The notes under the pieces: generated by a model | What the model saw: only the letters and a program-made list of their open reading frames with translations | Databases searched by the model: none | Told to the model about the DNA's origin: nothing | NCBI GenBank assembly: GCA_934162325.1 | Contig: CAKPIH010000001.1 | Span: 4,490-68,489 of the forward strand | Reading direction: 5' to 3' | From: an uncultured Bacilli bacterium | Lineage (GTDB): Bacteria; Bacillota_I; Bacilli_A; RF39; UBA660 | DNA length: 64,000 nt | Shown here: positions 29,359-41,008 of the stretch, piece after piece | How the letters are laid out: each line of letters begins with the position of its first letter | How positions within the stretch are numbered: the stretch's first letter is position 1 | Made by a program: the position numbers and the translations under genes

Positions 29359-30234
29359 CTACTTTTGATAGTTCATAATTAAATTACTAGTTTTATACAA
29401 ATATTCCATATTTTTATTTATTTTTATACACATATCATACTCACTACCATCAATAACAATTTTAGGAGGAATAGCCATATAAATAAATAAAAGTAATCTT
29501 TCATTATCTTTTAAAGGATAATTACTTTCATAATAATGAAATAAATCATCAAAATCAAATTCTAAATAATGATTCTTATAAAAAGATAATAAATCATATA
29601 TAGGACTATCAACCCTACTTTTATTCCAACTAATTAAATATGGCTTATCACTTTTAAGGTAGTGATCTAAATTAATATTATTATGAATATATGAAACTCT
29701 TTCATTCTTATTATCTTCAATTAATTTATACCATTTATCAATATTATCTTTAACATAATAAATACTACTAAATATAATATTAATATTTCTAGCAATCAAA
29801 TAAGAAGAAGGAGCCATATAAACCTCTTTTTCAATCAAAGAAATAAGTTCATTGTAATAATTATTCAAATAATCAATATCATTAACAATATCCTCATATA
29901 TTTTTTTATTTTTATCAATATCTACTTCTCTATAAAAAGTAGTTTTACTATGAAGTAAACTAAGTAAATGCACCATATCCATAGCCTTTTGTTCTCTTGG
30001 CTCATATACATCTTCAATATATGGATATATTTCATATTTATTAGATTCTTCTATTGGATAAGGAAAATAATCAAAAGCTCTTGATCTTAAATAATTATAA
30101 GTCTTATCAATATCATTATTATTTTTATTTTTAATAACTATTCTATCATCAACTATTTTAGCCCCTGATTTAATAGTAAGCTTATTATAAGGCAAATTAT
30201 ATTTACTTACTTCACTTCTAATATCATTATTCAC
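29359..30234 (-). CDS. ysxE: CotS/YsxE-family spore-coat protein-like (degenerate aminoglycoside-phosphotransferase fold)
   Basis: Kinase-like HNNINLDH and ISWNKSRVDSPIYDL blocks. Immediately downstream of the spoVID-like gene with an overlap, as in the B. subtilis spoVID-ysxE operon. Confidence 0.5.
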   Translation of the reverse strand: MNNDIRSEVSKYNLPYNKLTIKSGAKIVDDRIVIKNKNNNDIDKTYNYLRSRAFDYFPYPIEESNKYEIYPYIEDVYEPREQKAMDMVHLLSLLHSKTTFYREVDIDKNKKIYEDIVNDIDYLNNYYNELISLIEKEVYMAPSSYLIARNINIIFSSIYYVKDNIDKWYKLIEDNKNERVSYIHNNINLDHYLKSDKPYLISWNKSRVDSPIYDLLSFYKNHYLEFDFDDLFHYYESNYPLKDNERLLLFIYMAIPPKIVIDGSEYDMCIKINKNMEYLYKTSNLIMNYQK

Positions 30235-30946
30235 TAGTCTTAGGTATAATAACCTTATCTCCAGGTTTAATATTTGTTATATCATTATAATCTTCAAATG
30301 CTTCTTTTGTAATACCATATTTAATAAGTATTTTATCAATAGTATCTTCTTCTTTAACAATATAAACATAATAAGTAGTATAAGTCTCACTATCATCTAA
30401 ATTAGAAAACAAATCACTAGCAGTAATATTATCATTGTCTCTAGTTTCCTCTTTAATTTCTTCAGTATTTATTTTTTCCATAATTTCCTCTTTCTTTTCA
30501 TCAACTACTGGTATATCATCTTTCACATCATCTATTTTTATTTTTTCTACTCTAACTTCTTCTATTTCCTCAGTTTCTGTTTTTTCATCTAGAGTATCTT
30601 CTTCCTTTGTTACATCTTCTGGTAAATATTCAGCTTCAATAAACAAATCAATATTAACACTCAAAGTATCACTATTAATAACATCGTAATAAAAATCATC
30701 AATATCCGCCTTCACAGTACTAATATCATATCTAGGATCTAAAGTAATATCAAAAGGTAAATCAAAAGAAAATTCTTCTCTATTAATAGAGCCTTCATTC
30801 ATCTTATAATTCCCAGTAATATGAAATACACCAGTAATAATACCTTCTTCTTCAACATTAATTTCTCTTTCCAAAGATATAGAAGTAATCTCACTAACTT
30901 TAGTTTTAAATGATAATTCTTTCTTAAATGGTACAATCTGTTTCAT
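30227..30946 (-). CDS. spoVID: SpoVID-like spore morphogenetic protein with C-terminal LysM
   Basis: N-terminal SpoVID-N-like block ISLEREINVEEEGIITGVFHITGNY, an acidic linker, and a C-terminal LysM YVYIVKEEDTIDKILIKYG. Confidence 0.55.
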   Translation of the reverse strand: MKQIVPFKKELSFKTKVSEITSISLEREINVEEEGIITGVFHITGNYKMNEGSINREEFSFDLPFDITLDPRYDISTVKADIDDFYYDVINSDTLSVNIDLFIEAEYLPEDVTKEEDTLDEKTETEEIEEVRVEKIKIDDVKDDIPVVDEKKEEIMEKINTEEIKEETRDNDNITASDLFSNLDDSETYTTYYVYIVKEEDTIDKILIKYGITKEAFEDYNDITNIKPGDKVIIPKTSE

Positions 30947-30998
30947 AATCACTCTTCCTTTCAATAAAAGATATGAAACGAAAATAAAAATATAACAA

Positions 30999-31673
30999 TT
31001 AAGTTATATTTTTAAGTATTTTAATATTTCTTTTTAATTTTAATTTATATAAATAATGTCCACTCCCAATATTATTTAATATCACAGTAATTGTCTTAAG
31101 TTCCTTATCACATTTTTTTCTAAATAATTCACTATTCTTATTTAATAATATAGGTCCCAAATATAATTCCTTATAAGAATATCTTTTCTTACCATTCTTA
31201 AACATAATAACAGTATAAATAATATTCTTATCAAGAACCAGTTCTTCATCATCAATATAATAACCCATACTAACCATATTCTTTCTTAAAAAATATAAAT
31301 CAGTATTACTTTGAATAATAATCTTATTAATATCTTTAAGTTTATCTTGAGAATATTTTAGAAATCCTATAATAGTATTAGCCCCCATACCCGCTACTAC
31401 TAATGTATCAATTTTATCTTTCTTATTAATAACAGATATACCACTACCAAGTCTAATATCTATTCTATCTTCTAATTTATATTTATTTACATTCTTTCTA
31501 GCAGACTCTAAAGCATTATTATTAACATCACTAGCAATAATTTTTAAATTCTTATATTTTTCAGCCAAATATATAGATAAAAGTCCGTGATCACAACCAA
31601 TATCAATCACGGATTTATCATTTTCATCTATAAAACTAGCCACCATTTCTAATCTTTTAGATAATTTACTCAT
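30999..31673 (-). CDS. trmK: tRNA (adenine22-N1)-methyltransferase TrmK (YqfN)
   Basis: SAM motif [13 protein letters not shown] followed by ASDVN and VVAGMGA. Directly downstream of sigA as in Bacillus. Confidence 0.8.
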   Translation of the reverse strand: MSKLSKRLEMVASFIDENDKSVIDIGCDHGLLSIYLAEKYKNLKIIASDVNNNALESARKNVNKYKLEDRIDIRLGSGISVINKKDKIDTLVVAGMGANTIIGFLKYSQDKLKDINKIIIQSNTDLYFLRKNMVSMGYYIDDEELVLDKNIIYTVIMFKNGKKRYSYKELYLGPILLNKNSELFRKKCDKELKTITVILNNIGSGHYLYKLKLKRNIKILKNIT

Positions 31674-32763
31674 TTAAGAAATCCTTCAACTTTCTACTTC
31701 TAGATGGATGTCTTAATTTTCTTAAGGCCTTAGCCTCAATTTGTCTAATTCTTTCCCTTGTTACACCAAACATTTGCCCAACTTCTTCTAATGTTTTAGA
31801 TGATCCATCATCAAGACCAAACCTAAGTCTAAGTACTTGTTCTTCTCTTTCAGTTAAAGTAAGTAAAACATCACTAATCTCTTCTTTTAGCATTTCATGA
31901 ATAGTAAAATCTTCCGGAGACATATTGTTTTCATCAGGAACAAAATCACCCAAATGTGAATCTTCTTCTTCTCCAATTGGAGTTTCTAAAGAAACAGGAT
32001 CCTGAGCAATCTTAATAACTTCTCTAATTTTTTCAGGACTCATACCCATTTTTGCAGCAAGTTCTTCATCAGTAGGTTCTCTATTAAGTTCAAGTGTAAG
32101 TTGTCTTTGAAATCTTGATAGCTTATTAATAGTTTCTACCATATGTACAGGAACTCTGATAGTTCTAGCTTGATCCGCTATTGCTCTAGTAATAGCTTGT
32201 CTAATCCACCAAGTAGCATAAGTAGAAAACTTATATCCCTTATTAGCATCAAATTTTTCAACAGCTTTCATAAGACCAATATTCCCTTCTTGAATCAAAT
32301 CAAGAAAAAGCATACCTCTTCCAACATATCGTTTAGCAATAGATACAACAAGTCTTAAATTTGACTCTGCAAGTCTATTTTTAGCCTCTTCATCACCATT
32401 AGCAATTCTCTCAGATAATTCAGTCTCTTCTGCAAGTGATAACAAACTAATTTTACCTATCTCTTTTAAATACATTCTAACAGGATCATTAATAGTAAGT
32501 TCTTTAGCAATATTATTATCTTTTAAAATATCCTCTAAATCTCCACCATCATCTTCATCACTACCATCATCTAAGTCAGATTCTGATACAACACTAATAT
32601 CATTTTCCATAAGAGCATTATAAAGTTCATCAAGTAAATCACTACCTATTTCAAGACCTTTTAACTCTTCAGCCAACTCTTCATATGTAATAAATCCAAG
32701 TTCCTTACCTTTCTTAATCAAGTTTTCTTTTCTTTGTTCAAAATCTTTAATTTCTGATACCAT
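31666..32763 (-). CDS. sigA: RNA polymerase sigma factor SigA/RpoD
   Basis: Regions 2-4 present, with motifs [13 protein letters not shown] and [29 protein letters not shown]. Confidence 0.95.
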   Translation of the reverse strand: MVSEIKDFEQRKENLIKKGKELGFITYEELAEELKGLEIGSDLLDELYNALMENDISVVSESDLDDGSDEDDGGDLEDILKDNNIAKELTINDPVRMYLKEIGKISLLSLAEETELSERIANGDEEAKNRLAESNLRLVVSIAKRYVGRGMLFLDLIQEGNIGLMKAVEKFDANKGYKFSTYATWWIRQAITRAIADQARTIRVPVHMVETINKLSRFQRQLTLELNREPTDEELAAKMGMSPEKIREVIKIAQDPVSLETPIGEEEDSHLGDFVPDENNMSPEDFTIHEMLKEEISDVLLTLTEREEQVLRLRFGLDDGSSKTLEEVGQMFGVTRERIRQIEAKALRKLRHPSRSRKLKDFLNE

Positions 32764-34480
32764 TTCTACTACCTCCCCTTATCTTCATTATCTCCATAGA
32801 TATTTCTGCTTGTTTTAACGGATCTTTCTCTTCTTTTAACTTTTTGTTTAAATTATTAACTCTTACTTCTTTATGATACTCATTTATAACAAAAATATAA
32901 TCTTCAATCTCTTCTATTTGAAAGTCCTCTTTTATTCCAATAGCAATAATATCACGGAGGGTTCTAAGTATTTCCTCTCGATCAGATATATAACTAATAA
33001 AATCAGCAACATTTATTATACCATATTTATGAAAATAGTAAATAATTTCATTAGATAATTCACGAATATTTTTATCAGGAAAATATCCAACTCTATTTTC
33101 AACCATATTAAGTACCTTTTCATTCTTTAACATATAATAAATAAGATAATTCTCTGCCATTCCATATTTATTATAAGTCTTCTTAGGTTTAATCTCTTTA
33201 ACAACCTCTTTTTTATTTTTAATCAACTTATTATATTTATCTTTTATAGTCTCATAATCTATATTAAAATTATCCGATAACTTCTTTAAATTAAGTTCTA
33301 CTATAATATTATCTTTCTCATTAACAAGTTCTTTTAAAGCACTATTAACATAAGAAGAAATATCTTTAATATTACCAAAATCCTTATTCTTTTTAAGTAT
33401 TTCCATCTTATAATCAATAAGATTACTAGCATTATTAATTTGTGCTAAAAAAGAATCTTTACCATTTTTAAGTATATATTCATCAGGATCTAAATTATCA
33501 GGAAGTCTAACTACTTTAATATTAACTCCAGTATCTTCAAGTAACTCAATAGCACTAATAGTAGCCTTTTCACCAGCAGCATCACCATCAAAACATAAAA
33601 CAACATTATTAGCCATATTTCTAATAATACTTTTATGTTCCCTCGTAAGAGCAGTTCCCATAGTAGCAATACAATTATCAATACCAACTGTACTAGCCCT
33701 AATAACATCCATTTGACCTTCCATAATAATAATAGAATCATTTTTCTTCAAATGTTCTTTAGCAATATGATAATTATATAAAATCTTTCCCTTTTTAAAT
33801 TTATCCGTCTCTTTAGTATTAACATATTTAGCAGTATCTTTAGTATTATATATCCTACCAGAAAAAGCAACAGGATTACCACTTAAATCATAAATAGGAA
33901 ACATAATTCTATTAATAAAAATATCATGTCCATTCTCATTAGTAAGACCAACATCTACTAGTTTATCAATAGAATATTTTTTATTAATCAAGTATTCAGT
34001 AAGTGATACCTTCTGTATAGAAAGACCAATACCAAACCTCTTAATAGTATCTTTATCAATATGTCTCTTATCTAAATATTCAATAGCATTCTTACCTAAA
34101 TTAGTAAATAAACTATTTTGATAAAATTTATTAGCAGTACTATAAATATCAAAGTATTCATCTTTCTTATTACTAACACTAATATTAGTACCAATATTAA
34201 TACCAACCTTTTCCCCAAGCAATCTAACAGCCTCAGTAAAAGATATCTTCTCAAAATCCGCTACAAAAGTAAATACATTACCACTAGCACCACAAGAAAA
34301 ACAAGTATAAATCTGTTTCTCCGGACTAACACTCATACTAGGAGAATGATCATCATGAAAAGGACAAACACCAAAATAATTTTTCCCCTTCTTTGTAAGA
34401 TTAACATACTTAGAAATAACATCAACAATATCAGTTTTATTTCTTATCTCATTCATAACTTCATTACTGATATAAGCCAT
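32747..34480 (-). CDS. dnaG: DNA primase
   Basis: Zinc-binding [18 protein letters not shown] and a Toprim domain. AAGGAAGTG SD before MAYISNEV. Confidence 0.95.
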   Translation of the reverse strand: MAYISNEVMNEIRNKTDIVDVISKYVNLTKKGKNYFGVCPFHDDHSPSMSVSPEKQIYTCFSCGASGNVFTFVADFEKISFTEAVRLLGEKVGINIGTNISVSNKKDEYFDIYSTANKFYQNSLFTNLGKNAIEYLDKRHIDKDTIKRFGIGLSIQKVSLTEYLINKKYSIDKLVDVGLTNENGHDIFINRIMFPIYDLSGNPVAFSGRIYNTKDTAKYVNTKETDKFKKGKILYNYHIAKEHLKKNDSIIIMEGQMDVIRASTVGIDNCIATMGTALTREHKSIIRNMANNVVLCFDGDAAGEKATISAIELLEDTGVNIKVVRLPDNLDPDEYILKNGKDSFLAQINNASNLIDYKMEILKKNKDFGNIKDISSYVNSALKELVNEKDNIIVELNLKKLSDNFNIDYETIKDKYNKLIKNKKEVVKEIKPKKTYNKYGMAENYLIYYMLKNEKVLNMVENRVGYFPDKNIRELSNEIIYYFHKYGIINVADFISYISDREEILRTLRDIIAIGIKEDFQIEEIEDYIFVINEYHKEVRVNNLNKKLKEEKDPLKQAEISMEIMKIRGGSRNGIRN

Positions 34481-34621
34481 AAGTATCACTTCCTTACAAA
34501 AAGCCAATATAATTATATAACAAAAGCATTTTTTTGTAAAGAAAAAAGATAAGAAACTTCCATATTTCCTCCCTTTTTAGTATATAACCCTAACTAATAT
34601 ATAATATATATGGTTGATATC

Positions 34622-34679
34622 TTAGTTAAAGACTCCATTAGAGGCTTTAACTAATACTCTAAGATTACAAGCTTAGAGT
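34622..34679. repeat. Tandem-hairpin element (instance 4, motif on the minus strand)
   Basis: Hairpin ttagttaaag[actccattagagg]ctttaactaa, whose loop on the minus strand reads AGCCTCTAATGGAGTCT, followed by actctaag[attacaag]cttagagt. Confidence 0.45.
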
Positions 34680-34694
34680 GCCATAAAAAAATAG

Positions 34695-35684
34695 TTATCT
34701 AGCAAATCCATATACCCTCCCTTTTTCTAAAGGAATATTCTTATAATAAAACAAATCACTAACCGTAACAAAAGTATAACCCTTACTCTTTAAAGATGGA
34801 ATAATAATTTCTAATGCATTAGCAGTAGCACTATAAATATCATGCATTAAAACAATATCTCCATCTTTTACTTTATTAATAACCCTACTACTAATTCTCC
34901 TAGAATTATGATATTTCCAGTCCAAAGTATCAATATCCCATATAATAATAGGAGTATCCACTACACCCCTAATCATCTTATTACAAGATCCATAACTAGG
35001 TCTAAATAAAGTAGGATATTTCCCCGTAACTTCAAAAATAAGATTACTAGTATCATTAATCTCACTCTTAACCTTATCTTCTTTATATTTAGTAAGAAGT
35101 AAATGATTAAAAGTATGATTTCCAATCTCCATCTTACTACTAACCATTCTCTTTAAAATATTCTCATTTTCCTTAATTCTATTACCAAGTACAAAAAAAG
35201 TAGCAGGAACATTATTTTCCTCTAATATATCAAGAACCTTATTAGTATTATAATTAGGTCCATCATCAAAAGTAAGAGCAATATATTTATTACTAGTAAT
35301 ATCATTATCATAAATAATATAATCATTCATATAAGTACTAGCTATCCCCTTCTCCACTTTATCATTATCCATATCAATAATAAAACTATCAATATCATTA
35401 GATATCTTTCCTGATCCTACTATATATTTATAAAAACTCAAATAATATTTATTCTCTTTCAAATAACCATCATAATCAATAAAAATATCATCACTATAAT
35501 TATTAGAAGTCCTATTCAAATAATTCTCAATAAATAAATCAATATTATCATTATCAAAAAAAGGATAATTAATAGTCCTATTACTATCAATAAGTACCTT
35601 GTTAACAATCTCACTATTATAATCAATAACTAGTATCATAAAAAAAATAATAATAAAAGGAAGCATAAAATATCTATATTTCAT
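34695..35684 (-). CDS. Polysaccharide deacetylase (NodB domain), membrane-anchored
   Basis: TFDDGP...H..H motifs in IALTFDDGPNYNT..FFVLG, with an N-terminal TM. Confidence 0.8.
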   Translation of the reverse strand: MKYRYFMLPFIIIFFMILVIDYNSEIVNKVLIDSNRTINYPFFDNDNIDLFIENYLNRTSNNYSDDIFIDYDGYLKENKYYLSFYKYIVGSGKISNDIDSFIIDMDNDKVEKGIASTYMNDYIIYDNDITSNKYIALTFDDGPNYNTNKVLDILEENNVPATFFVLGNRIKENENILKRMVSSKMEIGNHTFNHLLLTKYKEDKVKSEINDTSNLIFEVTGKYPTLFRPSYGSCNKMIRGVVDTPIIIWDIDTLDWKYHNSRRISSRVINKVKDGDIVLMHDIYSATANALEIIIPSLKSKGYTFVTVSDLFYYKNIPLEKGRVYGFAR

Positions 35685-35725
35685 AAATTCACCTATCTAA
35701 ATATATGAAAAAAAGACTAAATATA

Positions 35726-36301
35726 TTAGTCTCTAATATCAATTCCATCAAACTTAACATCAATAAACCTCTTACTAGATAAATAATCACACATATGTAC
35801 AAATCTCTGATACTTATCTTTAGGTATAGGTAAAACCTCATTACCATTATAATCCTTATTCCAAATACCCATATGTGAAGAAATAACCCTAATAAGTAAA
35901 TTAAATTCTTCATCAGTAAGAGATAATTTACTCCTACTTTCTTTTATAAGTTCACATACCACTAACGGATGATCAAATCTCGTATACTTTTCTTTTACTC
36001 TACCACTTTTACACCCATCATGTAAAACAATAGCCATAATAATAATATCCTTTTCATTATCACTAAAATTATTAAGTCCCGGATTATCTAAAAGCTCTTT
36101 AGCAAATCTAACTGCCACTTTAGTATGTTTAACAAGTCCATGCTCACTCTTAGCAAAATCTGGATGGTATTTACCAGTACTAGAAGCAGGAATATCAAAA
36201 AAATAATCAGGTAATTCATTAACCAATAACTTAAGATCTTCTCTTTTCTTATTGTCTTTTATATAACCATATTCCTTATTAAAATATTCAATTTTATTCA
36301 T
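35726..36301 (-). CDS. HD-domain phosphohydrolase-like protein
   Basis: H...HD pattern (GKYHPDF, VLHDGCKSG) with a later SSHMG. 191 aa. Confidence 0.45.
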   Translation of the reverse strand: MNKIEYFNKEYGYIKDNKKREDLKLLVNELPDYFFDIPASSTGKYHPDFAKSEHGLVKHTKVAVRFAKELLDNPGLNNFSDNEKDIIIMAIVLHDGCKSGRVKEKYTRFDHPLVVCELIKESRSKLSLTDEEFNLLIRVISSHMGIWNKDYNGNEVLPIPKDKYQRFVHMCDYLSSKRFIDVKFDGIDIRD

Positions 36302-36306
36302 AACAT

Positions 36307-37107
36307 CTACTTCCTTACATTAATATCTACAGTAGTATATGGTATTTCAATCTTTTCCTTATCAAAAGTATCTTTAACCAATCTAAGAAATGCTCTCTTA
36401 GCAGAATACCTATTAGGAGCCTTACAAGTAACATTAACTAAATATACAATCGAAGAATCCGCAAAAGCATCAACACCATTTAATTCATATGCAATAACAC
36501 CATCAATTTTTAATACATCTTCCCTAATATCCGAAAGAACTTTCTCTAGTTTTTCCAAATTAGTATCATATGCTACATTAAGTTTAATATATAATATAGC
36601 ATCAGACAAACTATAATTAATAACCTCATTAAATGAAGAATTACCAATTGATTTAATCTCACCAGTAAAAGATTTAATCTTAGTAGTTCTAAGTCCTAAT
36701 TGAATAACAGTACCACTAAAACCATTAATTTCAACAGTATCTCCGACAGCAAACTTATTATCAAAAATAATAGAAATTCCCGCTAATAAATCTTTTAAAA
36801 TATCTTGAAAAGCAAGACCAATAACCGCAGCAAATACTCCAATTGAAGCAATAATACTAGTAGTATCAACTCCATATAATTTTAATATTTGTAATATAAT
36901 TAATATAACAATTATATATTTAAAAATATTCTTAGATAAATCAATTATTGTATCTTTCCTCTTATCCCTACCTCTAGTACTCTTATGTTTAGCAGTAAGT
37001 TTATTAATAACACTATTAACAACTAAATAAAGAAATAAACCTACTATAACATAAACAAAAGGTAAATAAAACTTTTCACTAGTAATAACTTTAATAAAAC
37101 CTTCCAT
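36307..37107 (-). CDS. mscS: Small-conductance mechanosensitive channel (MscS family)
   Basis: Block FAVGDTVEINGFSGTVIQLGLRTTKIKSFTGE preceded by TM helices. Confidence 0.85.
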   Translation of the reverse strand: MEGFIKVITSEKFYLPFVYVIVGLFLYLVVNSVINKLTAKHKSTRGRDKRKDTIIDLSKNIFKYIIVILIILQILKLYGVDTTSIIASIGVFAAVIGLAFQDILKDLLAGISIIFDNKFAVGDTVEINGFSGTVIQLGLRTTKIKSFTGEIKSIGNSSFNEVINYSLSDAILYIKLNVAYDTNLEKLEKVLSDIREDVLKIDGVIAYELNGVDAFADSSIVYLVNVTCKAPNRYSAKRAFLRLVKDTFDKEKIEIPYTTVDINVRK

Positions 37108-37145
37108 AATCTTCCTTCTTTCTTTTTATATAAATAATTATACCA

Positions 37146-38234
37146 TTATTTAAACATTCTAACAATAACTTCATTAGAAATATACATATATTTCTTATTA
37201 ATTTTAAGATAATTATTTTCTTTTATCAAATAACCATCTCTAACTAAGTCATCTATATCATAAACATCTTCTAATAAAACATTAAATTTTTCTTTAAACT
37301 CATCTAAATTTATACCATCAAACTTTCTAAGTCCAAGCATCACTTCATTTTCCATCTGAATATCTTTATCTTCTTCTTGGGTATAATCTAAATAACTACC
37401 ACTTAAATACTTACTTAAATTCTTCGTATTACTAATTCTCTTATTACCAATATAACTAACACTAGATAAACCAAAACCATAATATTCATAATTATTCCAA
37501 TAACCCAAATTATGTTTAGATTGATATCCACTTCTAGCATAATTACTAATTTCATAATGAATATACCCATTCTTCTCTAAAGTATCCTGAATATAATTAT
37601 ACATCTCATAATCCAGATCCTCATCAATATTCTTAGTACCATTAATCTTTAATACCGTATTATCCTCAATAATCAAACTATAAGTAGAAATATGTGGAAT
37701 ATCAAGTTCTAAAAAACAATCAATATCCCTCTTCAAAATATTAATATCATCATAAGCAGCATATATTAAATCAATATTAATATTATCAAAATATTTCTTT
37801 ACTAACCCAATCTTTTCAAATACCATTTTCTTATCATGATTTCTTCCAAGAAACTTAATTACACTATCATTAAAAGATTCTACCCCTACATTAACTCTAT
37901 TAATACCATATTTTTTCATAATAATAAGTTTTTCTTCACTAATAGAATCAATATTACATTCCATAGTAAATTCACAATAAATATCTTTATCAAAAACACC
38001 AATAATATCAAATAAATACCTAAGTTCATCTATATCTAAACTAGATGGTGTACCTCCTCCTATAAAAATAGTATTTACTTTCTCACCTTTATATCTACTA
38101 CTAATCTCTTTCTTAAGATTATCTAAATAATCATAAATATATTTCTTATTATAATATACCTTACAAAAATCACAATAACTACAAATACTATTACAAAAAG
38201 GAATATGAATATATATCAACATAAACATCACCAT
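37146..38234 (-). CDS. hemW: Radical SAM heme chaperone HemW (HemN-like)
   Basis: Motif YIHIPFCNSICSYCDF (CxxxCxxC). About 360 aa. Start codon uncertain (M1 or M5). Confidence 0.8.
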   Translation of the reverse strand: MVMFMLIYIHIPFCNSICSYCDFCKVYYNKKYIYDYLDNLKKEISSRYKGEKVNTIFIGGGTPSSLDIDELRYLFDIIGVFDKDIYCEFTMECNIDSISEEKLIIMKKYGINRVNVGVESFNDSVIKFLGRNHDKKMVFEKIGLVKKYFDNINIDLIYAAYDDINILKRDIDCFLELDIPHISTYSLIIEDNTVLKINGTKNIDEDLDYEMYNYIQDTLEKNGYIHYEISNYARSGYQSKHNLGYWNNYEYYGFGLSSVSYIGNKRISNTKNLSKYLSGSYLDYTQEEDKDIQMENEVMLGLRKFDGINLDEFKEKFNVLLEDVYDIDDLVRDGYLIKENNYLKINKKYMYISNEVIVRMFK

Positions 38235-38268
38235 AAATAGAATATCATACTAAAGAGTATTTTACAAC

Positions 38269-38297
38269 GTATAAATCAAAAATAAATAACCATATTA
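38269..38297 (+). promoter_or_regulatory. Candidate forespore sigma-G/sigma-F type promoter for sspI
   Basis: GTATA followed by 17 nt and then CATATTA, about 15 nt upstream of the sspI RBS. Confidence 0.3.
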
Positions 38298-38311
38298 ATA
38301 ATGGTGATAAC

Positions 38312-38518
38312 ATGAATAATATAGATATAAGAGCTTATATAATTTCTAACTTCAAAGAAGACAATATAGAAGAAATAAGAAATTCAATTGAGGAATCAAT
38401 AGCATCACATGATGAAGATCCTCTAATAGGATTAGGAGTATTATTTGAATTATTTTGGAATAATAGCACTGATGAAGAAAAAGAAAAAGCCCTATCAAAT
38501 ATAAAAAAAGGTATGTAA
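38312..38518 (+). CDS. sspI: Small acid-soluble spore protein I
   Basis: 68 aa. The central PLIGLGVLFELFW..EEKEKALSNIKKG block is characteristic of SspI. Confidence 0.65.
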   Translation: MNNIDIRAYIISNFKEDNIEEIRNSIEESIASHDEDPLIGLGVLFELFWNNSTDEEKEKALSNIKKGM

Positions 38519-38525
38519 CCAAAAA

Positions 38526-39476
38526 TTACATATCTTTTTTTGCAATAAAAAGTTCTAAAAGAAACTTACCATCACCATTACCACTCTTAATATTTTTATC
38601 AATATCCGCTAATTTAGATAAATACTTAATCAAATCATCTTCACTATAGTAGTAGCAATCATTAAGTAAATACTTAACTCTATATGGACTTTTAAACTCT
38701 AATATTTTAGCAATTTCTTCATTAGACTTACCACTATTATATAATCTCTTAACTTGAAATAATAATCTAATCTGACTAGCAATAATAGCTATTATCTGAC
38801 TAACATCCATACCATTATTAATAAAATTATAATATAACTTCATAGCCTTATTACAATCATTTTTAAGAATAGAGCTAACAAGTTCAAATACAGTATCATC
38901 TATATCTTCATCAACAAGTAAAATAATATCATCTTTATCAATAACTTTCTCTTCTAATTTATATAGCATAAGTTTATCAAGTTCATTCTTAATATTATCA
39001 ATATCTTTATTACATCTACCCAAAAAGAACTTAATATCCATATTACTCATAGTAAATCCATTATCTTTAATATAATTCCTAACAAAAGTATCCAAATACT
39101 CTTCAGTAACACTAAGTTTATTAATAGTACCATTATCATTAATTAATTTATATAACTTCTTCTTACTATCAACACTATCACTATTTAAAATAAATATCAA
39201 ATAACTATTAGTATTATAATTATTAAAATATTCCTCTAACAAAGAAATATCAAATTCACTCTTCTGTAAAAAATAACTATCACTATCAATAACAATAAAC
39301 TTATATGGATCAAACATCCCAATAGTAGAAGCCTCTACAATAATATCCGAAACATTTTCAATATCATAATATATACTATCACTAGTAATATTTAAATTCT
39401 TCTTAAGTTTATTAACCTCATTACTTAAAAGAGATTTATCTCCACTATATAATAAATAAAAATTACTCTTTTTCAT
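38526..39476 (-). CDS. holA: DNA polymerase III delta subunit
   Basis: N-terminus YLLYSGDKSLL, matching length, and position next to sspI/hemW. Confidence 0.65.
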   Translation of the reverse strand: MKKSNFYLLYSGDKSLLSNEVNKLKKNLNITSDSIYYDIENVSDIIVEASTIGMFDPYKFIVIDSDSYFLQKSEFDISLLEEYFNNYNTNSYLIFILNSDSVDSKKKLYKLINDNGTINKLSVTEEYLDTFVRNYIKDNGFTMSNMDIKFFLGRCNKDIDNIKNELDKLMLYKLEEKVIDKDDIILLVDEDIDDTVFELVSSILKNDCNKAMKLYYNFINNGMDVSQIIAIIASQIRLLFQVKRLYNSGKSNEEIAKILEFKSPYRVKYLLNDCYYYSEDDLIKYLSKLADIDKNIKSGNGDGKFLLELFIAKKDM

Positions 39477-40318
39477 TAATTATCAACAACCTTACAAGTA
39501 TAATTATCATCTTGATAATGTTTTATAAGTCCATCTTTATCTGTAGGTAAAAAGAAGTCTTCTTTAGTATTAATTGAAGAAAATAATTTATAAGTATAAG
39601 TATTATCATCAAACTTATAAGTATCACCATCACTAAAATATTGATAAAAATAACTTTTATCTCTAAATTCTTTATAATAATTAACATCATTAAAAATATA
39701 ATCAGACTTTACTTTAATATCAATAATAGTTCCATGACCATTAAATTCAAGTTCAACATTTTCAATAACTGAAGCCGGTAGTTTTTCATGATCATAAGAC
39801 TTACTACAAGTATAGTAAACATTTTTACCATTAATAACTTCTGGATTAAAAAAGAAAAACATAGCTACTACTAAAATAAAAACAAGTAAAAATACTATAG
39901 TAAAATTAACTTTTTTCTTTGGAACAATCTCTTTTTCAACAACTTTAGGTTTTGGAATCGTAATATCATTAAGTTTTTTAATATCAACATCAACATCACA
40001 TATTGCTTCATCTATAACCTGTATAGAATTAACTTTATCTAAAGAAATAATTTCATATTCTTCTTGATAATTATTATCAATTAACTCTTTAACAAAATTC
40101 TTAATATCATCATCATTTTCACCTTTCGATATCATAACAATAATCTCATTATTTTTAACAAAAGCCGAACCACAATATAATTTCTTATTATCATAACTAT
40201 AAATTATATATTTATTACCATTCTTAATACTTTTAAATACTGCAAAAACATTTAAAAAAATAGTCTCTTGTCCAAAATTAAACTTATAGTCATTTAATTT
40301 AATAACTTTACCATTCAT
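39476..40318 (-). CDS. Bitopic membrane protein, unknown function
   Basis: Central TM segment FTIVFLLVFILVVAMFFFF. Overlaps the holA start by 1 nt. Confidence 0.45.
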   Translation of the reverse strand: MNGKVIKLNDYKFNFGQETIFLNVFAVFKSIKNGNKYIIYSYDNKKLYCGSAFVKNNEIIVMISKGENDDDIKNFVKELIDNNYQEEYEIISLDKVNSIQVIDEAICDVDVDIKKLNDITIPKPKVVEKEIVPKKKVNFTIVFLLVFILVVAMFFFFNPEVINGKNVYYTCSKSYDHEKLPASVIENVELEFNGHGTIIDIKVKSDYIFNDVNYYKEFRDKSYFYQYFSDGDTYKFDDNTYTYKLFSSINTKEDFFLPTDKDGLIKHYQDDNYTCKVVDN

Positions 40319-40385
40319 AACATTATCACCTAAATAAATTATATACTAAATTATCATTTTAGTAAAGAAAAAACTGCTAATGCAG

Positions 40386-40940
40386 TTATTGATATCTTAA
40401 TTGCTGAGCATTTATATCAAATCCCCCAACAAAAGTATTATTCATTTCATAATTTTGATTAGTTCCATCATCATTAAGCCATATTACAACAGTATAGTAA
40501 TTAGTAGTATCAGTCTTTAATACTTCGCCAGAAACTAGTAAAACCCTACCACTACTCGGAATACTACCAGAAGAAATTTTACTACCATTAGAATTATATA
40601 ATACAAATTTCAAACTATTATTAAGAAATTCATTTTTAGTAACATTAATATAAATATCTAATGTTTGATCTAAAGTACCACTACTAGAAACAGCAAATCT
40701 CTTAGTATATACAGCATAGTTTTCTCCTAATGAAGGTTCCTTTCTAGGAATTAACCCATTACTATTAATAGAAGCCCCATCAATATAATTTATAGCAATA
40801 CTTCCTGTTTTAACTTTAGTACTATCGTCTTTTTCTTTAGCAACTAAAGAAAAATAAGTAAAAGTAATACCAACCATCAAAGTAATAATTGTAAGAATTA
40901 AAACAATCAAATAAAATATATCATTTTTACTTTTACTCAT
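40386..40940 (-). CDS. SipW-cognate signal-peptide protein, TasA/CalY (camelysin) family-like
   Basis: Signal peptide ending ..GITFTYFSLVA, of the G-T/S-F-A/T-Y-F-S/T class. Confidence 0.5.
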   Translation of the reverse strand: MSKSKNDIFYLIVLILTIITLMVGITFTYFSLVAKEKDDSTKVKTGSIAINYIDGASINSNGLIPRKEPSLGENYAVYTKRFAVSSSGTLDQTLDIYINVTKNEFLNNSLKFVLYNSNGSKISSGSIPSSGRVLLVSGEVLKTDTTNYYTVVIWLNDDGTNQNYEMNNTFVGGFDINAQQLRYQ

Positions 40941-41008
40941 ATCATCACCTAGTATAATAATACCAAAAATATCAAAAAAAAGCAATATCAAATATTGCTT
41001 TTTAATAA

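Noticed and set aside
35689-35913. 74-aa ORF overlapping the 3' end of the HD-domain gene
   Set aside because: Alternate-frame overlap, hydrophobic low-complexity sequence, no SD.
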